Source: an uncultured Leptospira sp.
GTDB taxonomy: Bacteria > Spirochaetota > UBA4802 > JAGODF01
NCBI GenBank assembly: GCA_964502925.1
Contig: CAZCYH010000015.1
Coordinates: 6,002 to 70,001, forward strand
DNA: 64,000 bases
Direction: 5' to 3'
Shown: piece after piece, positions 19,379-29,390 of the stretch
How positions within the stretch are numbered: position 1 is the stretch's first letter
Layout of the letters: each line of letters begins with the position of its first letter
Translations under genes and position numbers: made by a program
The notes under the pieces: model-generated
The model's input: the letters and a program-made list of their open reading frames with translations, nothing else
What the model was told of the DNA's origin: nothing
The model's database searches: none

Positions 19379-20083
19379 GTGATGGAGCGAAGGAATATTG
19401 AGATTGAAAGAAACATAATTGAAAACGCCGTCATGGCGGCGAAAGATTTTTTGAAAAGACACCGCGTGAAAGTTCTTTATGGCTTTTTAGCACTGGTGTT
19501 TCTTTTTGCAGCGGTGGTGATCGCGTACCTGTATTATGAGCATCGCGCAAAAACCGAGATGGTCAAGTTCGAAGAGATAATGGAGCAGTACAGATCTCTC
19601 GAGAAAAAAGCAGATGCTTCTCCTGCGGCATTTACGATGACTATCGGAGATATGAAAAATTTAGTTGAATCATCCAGATGGGGTTTTGTCCATAAAATGG
19701 GCGATTATATTTTAGGCGGAATGTACCTGAAAAACAAAAATTATGATGACGCACGAAGGCATTACCTTCAGTTTGCCGACAGAAATCCAAAATCCGATTT
19801 TTCAATACTCGCCTTGAGAAATGCCGCAGTCGCATCTGAATTTTCAGGGAACTATAATGAAGCTTTGCAGATTTATCAGAAGCTTGAGGAATTGCACGGG
19901 AACTCAGCCTATGGGGATCAGATCTATTATGATTGCGCGCGGATGTATCAGAAAAAAGGAGATCTTTTTAAAGCCAAGGAGTATTTCAGAAAAGTAATAA
20001 GCTTACACCCGAGATCAATTTTTTCGCTGCGTTCGCGGCATCGGCTGTTCCTAATGTCGTATCAGGAGAAAAATCTAAAATAA
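19379..20083 (+). CDS. Membrane-anchored TPR protein (YfgM-like)
   Basis: One TM helix followed by TPR-like helices (YDCARMYQKKGDLFKAKEYFRKVI). Confidence 0.75.
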   Translation: MMERRNIEIERNIIENAVMAAKDFLKRHRVKVLYGFLALVFLFAAVVIAYLYYEHRAKTEMVKFEEIMEQYRSLEKKADASPAAFTMTIGDMKNLVESSRWGFVHKMGDYILGGMYLKNKNYDDARRHYLQFADRNPKSDFSILALRNAAVASEFSGNYNEALQIYQKLEELHGNSAYGDQIYYDCARMYQKKGDLFKAKEYFRKVISLHPRSIFSLRSRHRLFLMSYQEKNLK

Positions 20084-20156
20084 TGTTGACAGGCGCGGGC
20101 GCAATTATTTATCTGCATGAATTCAACAGGTAAAATTTTATAAATGGAGTAAAATT

Positions 20157-20354
20157 GTGGCTGTACCAAAAAGAAGAAAATCAAAAGCAAAATCACGCAT
20201 GAGGCGTTCGCACGACGCCATCGGTGTTCCGAATCTTCGTCCTTGCCCAAGATGCGGCGCGTATGTTCTTCCGCATAGAGTATGCCCGGAATGCAATCAT
20301 TATAAGGGCGAACTCATTATGGAAAAAACTGTGAAGATAGCTGAAAGTAAATAA
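20157..20354 (+). CDS. rpmF: 50S ribosomal protein L32 (Zn-binding type)
   Basis: [19 protein letters not shown]...CPRCG...HRVCPEC; GTG start. Confidence 0.97.
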   Translation: MAVPKRRKSKAKSRMRRSHDAIGVPNLRPCPRCGAYVLPHRVCPECNHYKGELIMEKTVKIAESK

Positions 20355-20615
20355 TTGTTTTTTCGTGAATCACGATTTTTGGAACATGTAGTTTGTTGAT
20401 ATTTGACTATGATATTATGTCTTGACAATCCTGTGTGATTTGTAGAATGTGTGTTTGTTTCTCGCGACGAATTATTTATTTGCGTTAAATAGTGAAGTTT
20501 ATATGATTGTTCCAAAACGGTATAAGTAAGAAAAGTGTTGCCGGGAAAGAAGGTCTGTTGTAGTTTGTGTATATTCCGGGGAGCACATATCGTGAGGGAA
20601 GGAGGCTAGAAAGGC

Positions 20616-20858
20616 ATGTCGGTTGATTTTGAAAAAGTGAAGAAAATAATTGTCGACAGGCTCGGTGTTGATGAAGCCGAAGTGACGATGGAAGCTTCAT
20701 TCGTCGATGATCTCGGAGCTGATTCCCTGGATACCTTAGAGCTGGTTATGGCTCTGGAAGAAGAATTCGGAATAGAAATACCCGATGAAGATGCGGAAAA
20801 GATCGTCACTGTCGGTGATGCGATTAAATATATCCAGGAGAAGCTTAAAAACGCCTGA
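20616..20858 (+). CDS. acpP: Acyl carrier protein
   Basis: [21 protein letters not shown]. Confidence 0.97.
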   Translation: MSVDFEKVKKIIVDRLGVDEAEVTMEASFVDDLGADSLDTLELVMALEEEFGIEIPDEDAEKIVTVGDAIKYIQEKLKNA

Positions 20859-20946
20859 TCCTAAAATTTATGCTGGGCGATAGTAAACCACCGTTTGCTC
20901 AACTGGGCCGTGGTTAAGCTTTTTTTAGAGGCATTGCGTCTTCATC

Positions 20947-21699
20947 ATGGATTCTGAAGAGAAAAAAAATCGTACAGATAAGAAAAAAAACAGATATCGC
21001 CAGCTGGAAAGCCTGCAAAAGAAAATCAAGGTTAAGTTCAGCAACAAAAGCCTTTTAAACCGCTCTCTTGTTCACCGCTCATACGTAAACGAATCCGGAT
21101 ATTCAAATAAAGATAATGAACGCCTGGAATTTTTAGGCGACTCAGTTTTAGCGCTTGTGGTGAATGAGTATCTATTTAAAAGATTCGAAAACTACAAGGA
21201 AGGCGACCTTGCGAAGATCAAATCGGCTGTGGTATCCGAGTCCACCCTCGCAAAGGTTGCATCGGAACTCAATCTGGGAAGCTATATCCTCATGGGAAAA
21301 GGTGAAGAATGTACCGGCGGGCGCTTTCGCGAGTCCATTCTTGCTAATACCATGGAAGCTTTGATTGGCGCGATGTATCTTGATGCCGGATTGAAGGTGA
21401 CTCGGAAGTGCATTCTTTCTCTTCTAAAAAAAGATATTGAACGCATCGACCAACTGTCCTACCTTCGGGATCCAAAAACAACTCTTCAGGAATTGGTTCA
21501 AAAAAAGTACAAAGCTCAACCCGTCTATGAGATAGTGGAAGAAAGAGGGCCGGATCATCAAAAAGAGTTTACCGTGCGCCTTGTAATAAATGGCAATGAA
21601 GTTTCAAGAGGAAAAGGAAACAGTAAACGAAAGGCCGAGGTGGAGGCTGCCCGATTGGTGTTAGAACGAATACATGAAAAAAATGATTCGGTTTTATGA
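20947..21699 (+). CDS. rnc: Ribonuclease III
   Basis: NERLEFLGDSVL signature plus dsRBD (GPDHQKEF, SKRKAE). Confidence 0.97.
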   Translation: MDSEEKKNRTDKKKNRYRQLESLQKKIKVKFSNKSLLNRSLVHRSYVNESGYSNKDNERLEFLGDSVLALVVNEYLFKRFENYKEGDLAKIKSAVVSESTLAKVASELNLGSYILMGKGEECTGGRFRESILANTMEALIGAMYLDAGLKVTRKCILSLLKKDIERIDQLSYLRDPKTTLQELVQKKYKAQPVYEIVEERGPDHQKEFTVRLVINGNEVSRGKGNSKRKAEVEAARLVLERIHEKNDSVL

Positions 21700-21755
21700 A
21701 ATTATTTTTCTTTTTTGCTTAAACAGTGTTTCAGTAATCAAAACGAGAAGAGAGA

Positions 21756-22205
21756 ATGATTTTCGGACATAATATACGGATTCGAGTAGGAGCACTCATA
21801 TTTAACAACGGACGCGTTCTCCTCGTATCGCATAGAAAAGAAGGCCATGTGTACTGGCTTTTGCCGGGTGGTGGGGTTGACTATGGAGAAAAGCTGCCAG
21901 ATGCACTCAAACGTGAAATTTTAGAGGAACTTGCCGTTGAAATCGAAGTTGGAGATATTGCGCTCATTTCCGAATCCATTGAACCAAAGGGGGGACGACA
22001 TATTTTAAATATAATTTTCTATTGCCACCTTAAAACTGAAGATATCCGAATTGGCAATGAGCCGCGTCTCAATAGCTATCAGTTCTTCCTTCCCAATGAA
22101 ATACTGAACATCACTATGTTTCCTGCCGTCAATGACGACATTGCAGGAATTTTATCGGGAGTAAGGGGAAATGTGTATCGTGAAAAGGTCTGGTTGCCGC
22201 TATGA
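21756..22205 (+). CDS. NUDIX hydrolase
   Basis: Nudix box GGGVDYGEKLPDALKREILEEL. Confidence 0.88.
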   Translation: MIFGHNIRIRVGALIFNNGRVLLVSHRKEGHVYWLLPGGGVDYGEKLPDALKREILEELAVEIEVGDIALISESIEPKGGRHILNIIFYCHLKTEDIRIGNEPRLNSYQFFLPNEILNITMFPAVNDDIAGILSGVRGNVYREKVWLPL

Positions 22206-23275
22206 AGTACATCACTGTGAGAACTATAGACGGTGATTATGATGTCGCACTTGGCAAACGCGCGCTCGATGAACTGGAGCTTGAGCAATTAGCCGAAAGG
22301 TTCGATAGAGTCGGGTGCATTGTAAGCGAACGCGTTCTTGCGCTCCATGAAGAAACGCTGACCAGAGCCGCCGGCCGTTTCGGCGGAAAAATATACCCCA
22401 TGATGGACGGCGAGGAAAATAAGAACTACCGATATGCTGAAAGTTTTTTCAACCTCTTGCTAAAAGAGGGTTTTACGAGAAAATCGCTTCTTATAGGCAT
22501 TGGCGGTGGTGTTGTTGGAGATTTTTCTGGTTTTTGCGCGGCGGCTTATATGCGCGGGATTTCGATTATCCATATTCCCACAACACTTCTGGCGATGGTG
22601 GATTCAAGTATTGGGGGAAAAACTGCAGTTAATATTCAGTCCGGCAAAAACATTGTGGGCGTGTTTCATCAGCCGCAAAGAGTGATTGCCGATATGAGGT
22701 TTCTTCACTCCTTGCCTGAAAAAGAAATACAAAATGGCATTGCCGAAACGATTAAGCATGCCCTCATAGGTGAGCTGAGGCTGATTCCGATACTGACCCA
22801 AAAAAAGCTTCAAACTATCGTTGATGATGACGTCATGGAAGAACTCATTTTCCTTTCCGCATCTTTTAAGGCTGCAGTGGTGGGACAGGATGTCAGGGAA
22901 GCTGAAATACGGGCGATTCTAAATTATGGGCACACGGTGGGCCATGCTCTTGAATCCTGGATGCGTTACAAAGATATTTCTCACGGGGAAGCTGTTGCAT
23001 GGGGAATGAAGGCCGAGGCCGAGATTTCCATGCGGATGGGGTTTTTGAATCAAGGTGATGCGGAACTTATTAACGAATTGCTTGAACGCTATGATTTTGC
23101 TTTAAAGCCGCCGTCATTCGATCCTGCCGGCGTTCTCGAACATATGCAATTCGATAAAAAGAATGTCAAAGATTCTTTGCGCTTTGTGCTTTTGAAAAAA
23201 ATCGGCGAACCGGTGTATAATATTGAGGTTGAGGAAAATCTTGTTTTGGATGTACTTAAAAACATGATTGAATAA
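22202..23275 (+). CDS. aroB: 3-dehydroquinate synthase
   Basis: GGGVVGD, PTTLLAMVDSSIGGKT, LNYGHTVGHALE, HGEAVA, DKK. Confidence 0.96.
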   Translation: MKYITVRTIDGDYDVALGKRALDELELEQLAERFDRVGCIVSERVLALHEETLTRAAGRFGGKIYPMMDGEENKNYRYAESFFNLLLKEGFTRKSLLIGIGGGVVGDFSGFCAAAYMRGISIIHIPTTLLAMVDSSIGGKTAVNIQSGKNIVGVFHQPQRVIADMRFLHSLPEKEIQNGIAETIKHALIGELRLIPILTQKKLQTIVDDDVMEELIFLSASFKAAVVGQDVREAEIRAILNYGHTVGHALESWMRYKDISHGEAVAWGMKAEAEISMRMGFLNQGDAELINELLERYDFALKPPSFDPAGVLEHMQFDKKNVKDSLRFVLLKKIGEPVYNIEVEENLVLDVLKNMIE

Positions 23276-23281
23276 TTAAGG

Positions 23282-23632
23282 ATGGCGGAAAATTTATCCT
23301 ACAGCATAGAAGAGCGCGAAGGAGCCAAGATTATCAATCTGCGGGGGGGCATTCATATTCTTTCAAAAGAAGACCTGGCCGAGCTTGTGAATAAAACCTC
23401 GCAAAAAAGTAATGTGATTCTCAATCTTCGTGAAGTCGAATTGCTCACCTCGTCAGGAATTAATACACTGGTGGAGATATCAAATGAAGCGCGAAAAAAT
23501 TCAAGGCGGGTGGTGATACTCGGATTGAAAGAAGAATTCATCAAAATTATCGACGGCCTTGATCTTTATGAGTATTTCATTTTTGTTGACAGCATTGAAG
23601 AAGGGCTGATGAAATTGAAATTCTTCACCTAA
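23282..23632 (+). CDS. STAS domain protein (anti-sigma factor antagonist-like)
   Basis: 116 aa with VILNLREVELLTSSGINTLV. Confidence 0.8.
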   Translation: MAENLSYSIEEREGAKIINLRGGIHILSKEDLAELVNKTSQKSNVILNLREVELLTSSGINTLVEISNEARKNSRRVVILGLKEEFIKIIDGLDLYEYFIFVDSIEEGLMKLKFFT

Positions 23633-23655
23633 TGAATTGGATCTTCGGAATTGCC

Positions 23656-25104
23656 CTATCGGCCGCTTTTAATTTTATTCTGAATTTCGGAAAATCTGTC
23701 CTTAAAAATGCTGCCAAGAGTGGATGAATCAGCTTCTGGTGTGTGTGTGCCCTGGTATGCTTGAAATTCGTTGGATTCTTGCAGAGATAGCGCCCCTTTT
23801 TCGCTGAGAACCAGTTTTCTTCCCTGGGGAGAAAATTCCTTTACGGCGACTTTGATGGAAGAGCCGGTAGGATATTGCGCCGGAATGTCTCCGCGATTTT
23901 TCAGAAGCTCGCTTTTCGGAGCGAAGCCTTCCATGCCATTTTCAAGCCGAAGCGTTAGACCGCCCGAACGGGAAGACTCTACAACGGCAGTGTGAATTGT
24001 ACTTACAAAAGAAGATGTGTCTGAAATCCATGGATCGGCTTCATCGGTGATGAGTTCGAGCAGCATTTTCTTTTCGGATTTCCTGATTTCAATAATCTTC
24101 ACCTGAACCATTTCGTTGAGCGCAAGGACTTCTTCCGGTTTGTTAATTTTTTTTACAAGGCTCATTCGGTTGACAGGAAGAAAACCCTCAATGCCATCCG
24201 CGATTTCTATGAATGCGCCATTTTTAATTCTATTTACCACGCGGCCGTTTACGCATTGTCCTTCTGAAAACGTATCGATCTTCAACCACGGCTCGGGAAG
24301 CATTTGTTTGTGGCTGAGGACCATTCTTCCGCTTTCATCAAATTCGAGTATTCTGGCGTTAATTCTTTCACCCATTCTAAATCTGGATACATCAGGCTGT
24401 CTGCTCCATGAAAGCTCGCTTTTTGGAATAAAAGCCTCAACGCCGTCTAAATCCACCGTCATGCCATATTTATGCAGAGAAGCAATCGTACCGGCGATAG
24501 TGTCGCCGACTTTCACTGACTTTAGAAGCTGTTCTTTTCGTTCTTCGAAAATTTTATCGAGCAAAGCCCTTCTTGATACTACTATGTTTCTTCCGCGGTC
24601 GGCATACTCAACAATGAGAAACTGGAAAGAATTATGCAAATACTCGTTTGGGTTGTCGGAAACTTTGCGGTCGATCTGAGAAATAGGGCAGAAGCAATTA
24701 ATTCCTGCAACGGACACGGAAAATCCGCCCTTGAGAGAGGCAGTCACTCGCCCTGTCACGGGTATCTGATCGCGATACGCGGTACGCATGAGTTCGGGGG
24801 TTGCAGTACCATGCCCGATTGAGGTAGTGAGCCGGATTTCACCACCTGAAGTGGAAACGACATATGCTGAAATTTCATCTCCTTTTGCTACTGAAAGATG
24901 ACCGTTCTTATCAAGCAATTCAGAGGTATCGATAACCGCTTCGCTCTTACCAGATATATTGATAAAGACTGAATCACCTGAGATGAACACAACTTTCCCC
25001 ACTACGCGGTCGCCTACCATGAACTGGTTTTGGGGTTTCAGGGATTGCTCCAGCATTTTTTCAAAGCTTTCTTCCTTCGTATTTTGAGAGGTATTGTCGG
25101 ACAT
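23656..25104 (-). CDS. Second multi-S1-domain protein (RpsA paralog)
   Basis: Several S1 repeats (GGFSVSV, FCPISQID, GAFIEIADGIEGFLP). N-terminus EESFEKMLEQSL; start after AGGAAG; ORF track starts at 25122. Confidence 0.85.
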   Translation of the reverse strand: MSDNTSQNTKEESFEKMLEQSLKPQNQFMVGDRVVGKVVFISGDSVFINISGKSEAVIDTSELLDKNGHLSVAKGDEISAYVVSTSGGEIRLTTSIGHGTATPELMRTAYRDQIPVTGRVTASLKGGFSVSVAGINCFCPISQIDRKVSDNPNEYLHNSFQFLIVEYADRGRNIVVSRRALLDKIFEERKEQLLKSVKVGDTIAGTIASLHKYGMTVDLDGVEAFIPKSELSWSRQPDVSRFRMGERINARILEFDESGRMVLSHKQMLPEPWLKIDTFSEGQCVNGRVVNRIKNGAFIEIADGIEGFLPVNRMSLVKKINKPEEVLALNEMVQVKIIEIRKSEKKMLLELITDEADPWISDTSSFVSTIHTAVVESSRSGGLTLRLENGMEGFAPKSELLKNRGDIPAQYPTGSSIKVAVKEFSPQGRKLVLSEKGALSLQESNEFQAYQGTHTPEADSSTLGSIFKDRFSEIQNKIKSGR

Positions 25105-25336
25105 GGTGTACTTCCTGCGCATTTGATCATCAAGTATTGGCTTTCGACTTCAGTATCTGTATCAGAGGGAAAGGGGATTTGTGTCAAATAAAAAAAAGAA
25201 TTATTGTAAAGCCGATAAAAGTTGAAGCTCGAAAAAAATATTTGACAACATTTGTCTATTATTGATTATTAACTAAAGATTTATAGCGTATGCCCAGGGT
25301 GTACGCATATTATTACAATTGCTTGCGAGGTTTGCC

Positions 25337-25819
25337 ATGAAAAAAATCCTTATTGCGCTGACCATACTTTTTACCATGAGCGCTTTCCTTTTCGCCCAGG
25401 ATGCAAAACAGGACGCCAAAAAGGAATCGGCTAAATCGGCCAAAGAATACATAGCTGATTTAAACAGCAATGATGAAAATATCATTATTCGCGCTGCCGA
25501 CTGGCTCGGTCGGGAAAAAGAATCCGATGCATTGCCCGGATTGAAAAAACTTCTTAAAGAAGACAATAGGGCGAAAGTTCGCCTTCATTCCGCAATGGCT
25601 ATGGGCTACATCGGCGATAAATCGGCGGTTGACCCCCTGAATGACCGTTTGCTTATTGAACCGGAAGCGGATGTCCGGTACACAATCATTCTTTCACTTA
25701 CAAGAATCGGCATTTCTGAAGAGAAGCATGTGGACGTTCTGAAAAAAGCACGAGATGCTGAAACCGATATCATTATTCGAGATTACATGGACAAAATGGT
25801 GGCGAAGTATAAAAAGTAA
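25337..25819 (+). CDS. Exported HEAT-repeat protein
   Basis: Signal peptide MKKILIALTILFTMSAFLFAQ; HEAT-like repeats (RAADWLG, VRLHSAMAMG, VRYTIILSL). Confidence 0.78.
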   Translation: MKKILIALTILFTMSAFLFAQDAKQDAKKESAKSAKEYIADLNSNDENIIIRAADWLGREKESDALPGLKKLLKEDNRAKVRLHSAMAMGYIGDKSAVDPLNDRLLIEPEADVRYTIILSLTRIGISEEKHVDVLKKARDAETDIIIRDYMDKMVAKYKK

Positions 25820-25866
25820 GATGTAAAGCTTTTTGTACAAGTAAATCTTTAAGAAAGACATGAGTG

Positions 25867-25900
25867 AGCGGCTGCCTCTATCAGATTCGGGCAGCCGTTT
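25867..25900 (+). terminator. Probable terminator after the HEAT gene
   Basis: AGCGGCTGCC-loop-GGCAGCCGTT followed by a short T/A tail. Confidence 0.5.
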
Positions 25901-25952
25901 ATATGCTCATAGGTTAATGCTAAGAAATGTTTGATGATTCAGTGGTGAAAGA

Positions 25953-26762
25953 ATGCTGAAACCGGAAGAAGTGAAATATTTGGTCTTTGATATCGAGTCA
26001 GTGCCGGATGCCACGCTCATTCGAAAAGTGAAATATCCGAATCTGAATATCGATGATGTCACCGCGGTTCGAAAATTTCAGGAAGAGATACTTGCGACCA
26101 GCGGAGGAACCAGCTATTTTGTTCCAGTTACCTTTCAATTTCCGATTTCAATTTGCATTGCAAAGGTAAAGGATGATTTTACACTTTGCGATATCGTGTC
26201 GCTGGATGAGCCGAATTTTCGCCCTTCCGAAATGACAAGGCTGTTCTGGGAAGGCGTTGAAAATGTGTATGCAAACGCGAAGCTGGTGACATTCAACGGT
26301 CGAGGGTTTGACGTGCCGCTTATGGAGTTGATGGCATTTCGATACGGCATCAGGGCCTCGCGGCATTTCAAGGACAAGTTTGCTTCACGGTTTCGATACG
26401 GCGATAAGCATTTCGATATTCATGACTGGCTTTCTAATTATAACGCGATCAGAGTTTCAGGAGGGTTGAACCTCCTTGCGAAAGTGCTTGGAAAGCCTGG
26501 TAAGATGGAAACGACAGGGGATGATGTGTACGATATGTATCTGGAGGGCAAAATAAAGGAAATAAACGAATACTGCATGCATGATGTCCTCGATACCTAT
26601 TTTGCGTTTTTGCGCACCAGGATTCTTTTCGGCGAGCTGACGCTTGAACGCGAAAAGGTCATTCTGGAGAAATCGCGGGAATATATCAAGTCTCAGGTTG
26701 AGCGTATTCCTGCATTGTCAAAATATCTCGAGAACTGGGGAGATTGGGCTCCATGGCCATGA
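25953..26762 (+). CDS. Stand-alone PolB-like DEDDy 3'-5' exonuclease
   Basis: ExoI FDIE, ExoII FNGRGFD, ExoIII YCMHDV. Confidence 0.85.
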   Translation: MLKPEEVKYLVFDIESVPDATLIRKVKYPNLNIDDVTAVRKFQEEILATSGGTSYFVPVTFQFPISICIAKVKDDFTLCDIVSLDEPNFRPSEMTRLFWEGVENVYANAKLVTFNGRGFDVPLMELMAFRYGIRASRHFKDKFASRFRYGDKHFDIHDWLSNYNAIRVSGGLNLLAKVLGKPGKMETTGDDVYDMYLEGKIKEINEYCMHDVLDTYFAFLRTRILFGELTLEREKVILEKSREYIKSQVERIPALSKYLENWGDWAPWP

Positions 26763-26771
26763 AAATCCTGA

Positions 26772-28964
26772 TTAGATTGAAATCCTTTTTGTACAATTTT
26801 CATCAAGAAATTGGGCAACTCTCCTGAAAACATAGGCTGATCCATCACCGTTGACAATGCCATGACGGGAGGCGTGTATCTTAATGAGTTCTTTTCGTTT
26901 CGATCCGATTTTTTCGAAAATTTCATCGGCGCTTTCCGGATTGACCACAGGGTCGTGCGAACCCTGAATAATAAGTGCCGGAATCGAAACCAGTTTTAAA
27001 TTTTTTCTGACCACATCCATAAATCGCTCAAGCTCCCTGACTCCTGCAATGGGGTTTTTAAAGTAATTAATATGAGGATTTTCAGGACGGTTTTCCACGT
27101 ATTCGAAACGTCCTTTTTCGATATGCAGTTTGCTGAGCAGTTTGTTCCAGAAGACAACCGTTGAAGCGAAATTGGAAGCGATGTTTTTGAGGTATAGGGG
27201 GGCGTTTATGGAAACCACGCATGTGAAATGTTCGTTTTTCAAAGCGGCCTGATAGAGAGCCAGATCTCCTCCCGTCGAAAAGCCAACGATGGCAAATTCT
27301 TTGCACAAATTTTTTAAAATCACATAACCACGGTTAACCGACTGATACCAGCTTTCCCATCTTCGTACGGCAAGGTCTTCATAGGAAGTGCCATGTCCTC
27401 TGAGGCGGACAGTGTAGACGGCATATCCGCAGTTGTAAAGATATGTTGACAGCGCTCTCACTTCTTCGGGCGCAGCCAGATAGCCGTGGACAACCAGCAC
27501 GCCGCGGCGGTTGCCAAAAAGTCTTTTAAGCAAAAACGGCCTTCCAATTTTTTCGGGTTTTGATTCATTCTGAATAAAATACTTTTTATAGTCCCGCTCA
27601 AACTTGTCCATATCGCGGTGCAGGAATTTTTTCCGAATTTTTCGCCTGATAAGGCATGACGGAAGAAGCATTATTCTGTTGAAATAGCGCACAAGATTTT
27701 CCATCGGCTCAATTTCATTTTTCAAAACTTCGACAATATTATCGGTGCGGATGGTGTGAAATTCATAAGAACTGGAAAAACGATCGCGGTTTCGAATAAT
27801 CCAGCCATTTTCCACGGTGATCACACCGTCAGATTTTGCTGCTTCAATAAAGCTTTCATAGCGGTCGTGATAGTCATCGGATAGGAGAAATCCCTGCCTA
27901 AATTTGATGCTTGTGTGATGCGATTCAATCTCAACGTCACGCAAATGATCGATAGCGAGATACGCTCTGTTTTTAAAGTCGGATTCGCGGATTCTGTTTT
28001 TGCGATAACGAGTCAGGATGTATGCGAAAACATGATCGTGATTTACAGTAGTCATCGAGTATATCGAGTTCATATATCGATACATCAACTGCAAACTTTC
28101 TCGCCTCAGAGAAAGTTCGCGTTCCATATCGGCGTCGAAGAGATATAGTTTTGTATTTTCGATTATTTTTCTATTCTTTTTTTTCTGAAAAAAATGAGAG
28201 ATTTGTATGGGTTCTCCGAAATTTATGTCAATATCAACACCGTCGATGATCATTGCGCCTTCCACCTGAAGCTCTTCGTTCAGGCGGTCGGGAACATTTT
28301 CAACAAATCGCGATGCAAGCCGATTGAGGATATTATTGCGGGCACGTATGGGGAAATACGTGATGTTCACGGGAACGATTACGGTTTCTTGTGAAATAAT
28401 CGACCTGATTGAGTCTTCGGATATGTCGAAATAATCGCGGTATTGATTTATGCCTTTATGATAGCCGTTCTCAATGAAATATTTCAATTTTTGACGGAAA
28501 AATTCAGCGCGCAGTGCAAGCATTGCCGCACCGGTATGCGGCGGCCTGCGGATTCCGGTATTGTAAATCATAAATTTTCCTTTTTCAACCAGCTTTTTAT
28601 CTTTGATCATCTGGCCCTCGGGATAGATGAGACAGGCAAGCTCGCCAGTGAGAAGCGCTGAGGTCATTGTTTTAAATCTGTCGGTATCGGCAGTTGAAAT
28701 CGCACCAATTTTATTCAAATATCTTCCGAAAGCGCCGCCGAAAAAAGAGTGATGGGCGAGGGATAAGACAACTTTTCCTGTGAGCTTGTTGATGATGTAC
28801 GGCAAAAAAAAGGTTTCCATTCGAGTAAAGTGATTAATGACATAGAGCACCGGTCCTTCGGGAATTCTGTCTTCGTCGTGAGTGCGTATGGAGGCATTGG
28901 TGGTTTTAATAATCGCATTGATGGCGGCGCCTGTCATTTTGAGTAAAAAATTTGAAATTTCCAT
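26772..28964 (-). CDS. PlsC-like acyltransferase fused to C-terminal alpha/beta hydrolase
   Basis: N-terminal NHFTRMET and IYPEGQ acyltransferase motifs; C-terminal VHGY, GFSTGG (GxSxG), HDPVV and RHGIV. Confidence 0.82.
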   Translation of the reverse strand: MEISNFLLKMTGAAINAIIKTTNASIRTHDEDRIPEGPVLYVINHFTRMETFFLPYIINKLTGKVVLSLAHHSFFGGAFGRYLNKIGAISTADTDRFKTMTSALLTGELACLIYPEGQMIKDKKLVEKGKFMIYNTGIRRPPHTGAAMLALRAEFFRQKLKYFIENGYHKGINQYRDYFDISEDSIRSIISQETVIVPVNITYFPIRARNNILNRLASRFVENVPDRLNEELQVEGAMIIDGVDIDINFGEPIQISHFFQKKKNRKIIENTKLYLFDADMERELSLRRESLQLMYRYMNSIYSMTTVNHDHVFAYILTRYRKNRIRESDFKNRAYLAIDHLRDVEIESHHTSIKFRQGFLLSDDYHDRYESFIEAAKSDGVITVENGWIIRNRDRFSSSYEFHTIRTDNIVEVLKNEIEPMENLVRYFNRIMLLPSCLIRRKIRKKFLHRDMDKFERDYKKYFIQNESKPEKIGRPFLLKRLFGNRRGVLVVHGYLAAPEEVRALSTYLYNCGYAVYTVRLRGHGTSYEDLAVRRWESWYQSVNRGYVILKNLCKEFAIVGFSTGGDLALYQAALKNEHFTCVVSINAPLYLKNIASNFASTVVFWNKLLSKLHIEKGRFEYVENRPENPHINYFKNPIAGVRELERFMDVVRKNLKLVSIPALIIQGSHDPVVNPESADEIFEKIGSKRKELIKIHASRHGIVNGDGSAYVFRRVAQFLDENCTKRISI

Positions 28965-28981
28965 CGTAAGCCTTGTGCCTC

Positions 28982-29389
28982 TCAGTAACGTTTGTTGATG
29001 TAATCGTCGATGATGGTTCTATGATCAAAAGCCATGTTTTCCGGCAGATTTCGCGGGTTGCAAACAATCACTTTTCGCGCGTCATCCGCAGCGCGTGGTT
29101 GGCCCGTTGCATGAGCAATAAATACTGTTGTGATTGTGTGCTGACGGATGTCGCGGAGAGGGTCGGAATAAGAATGAAATTGCCTCACAAGTTTCACCTC
29201 AAGCGATGTTTCCTCCCGCGCTTCACGCACTGCGGCGCTCTCCAGCGTTTCTCCGTAATCAACAAATCCGCCGGGAAGTGCCCAGCCGTATGGTTCATTT
29301 TTCCGCTCGATGAGAACGATTTTTTCAGGATCACCATCGATCTGAATGATGATGTCAACTGTCGGGACAGGATTTCGGTAGGTGGCCAT
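28982..29389 (-). CDS. NUDIX hydrolase
   Basis: [26 protein letters not shown]; [10 protein letters not shown]; AFDH. Confidence 0.9.
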   Translation of the reverse strand: MATYRNPVPTVDIIIQIDGDPEKIVLIERKNEPYGWALPGGFVDYGETLESAAVREAREETSLEVKLVRQFHSYSDPLRDIRQHTITTVFIAHATGQPRAADDARKVIVCNPRNLPENMAFDHRTIIDDYINKRY

Positions 29390-29390
29390 A

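Noticed and set aside
20422-20448. Sigma70 promoter for acpP
   Set aside because: TTGACA and TAGAAT are only 15 bp apart, outside the usual 16-18 bp.
25953-26762. Defence system or prophage marker built around the exonuclease (or the PLD at 33935)
   Set aside because: No partner helicase, methylase, integrase or phage genes; the PLD has a signal-like N-terminus and both sit among housekeeping genes.
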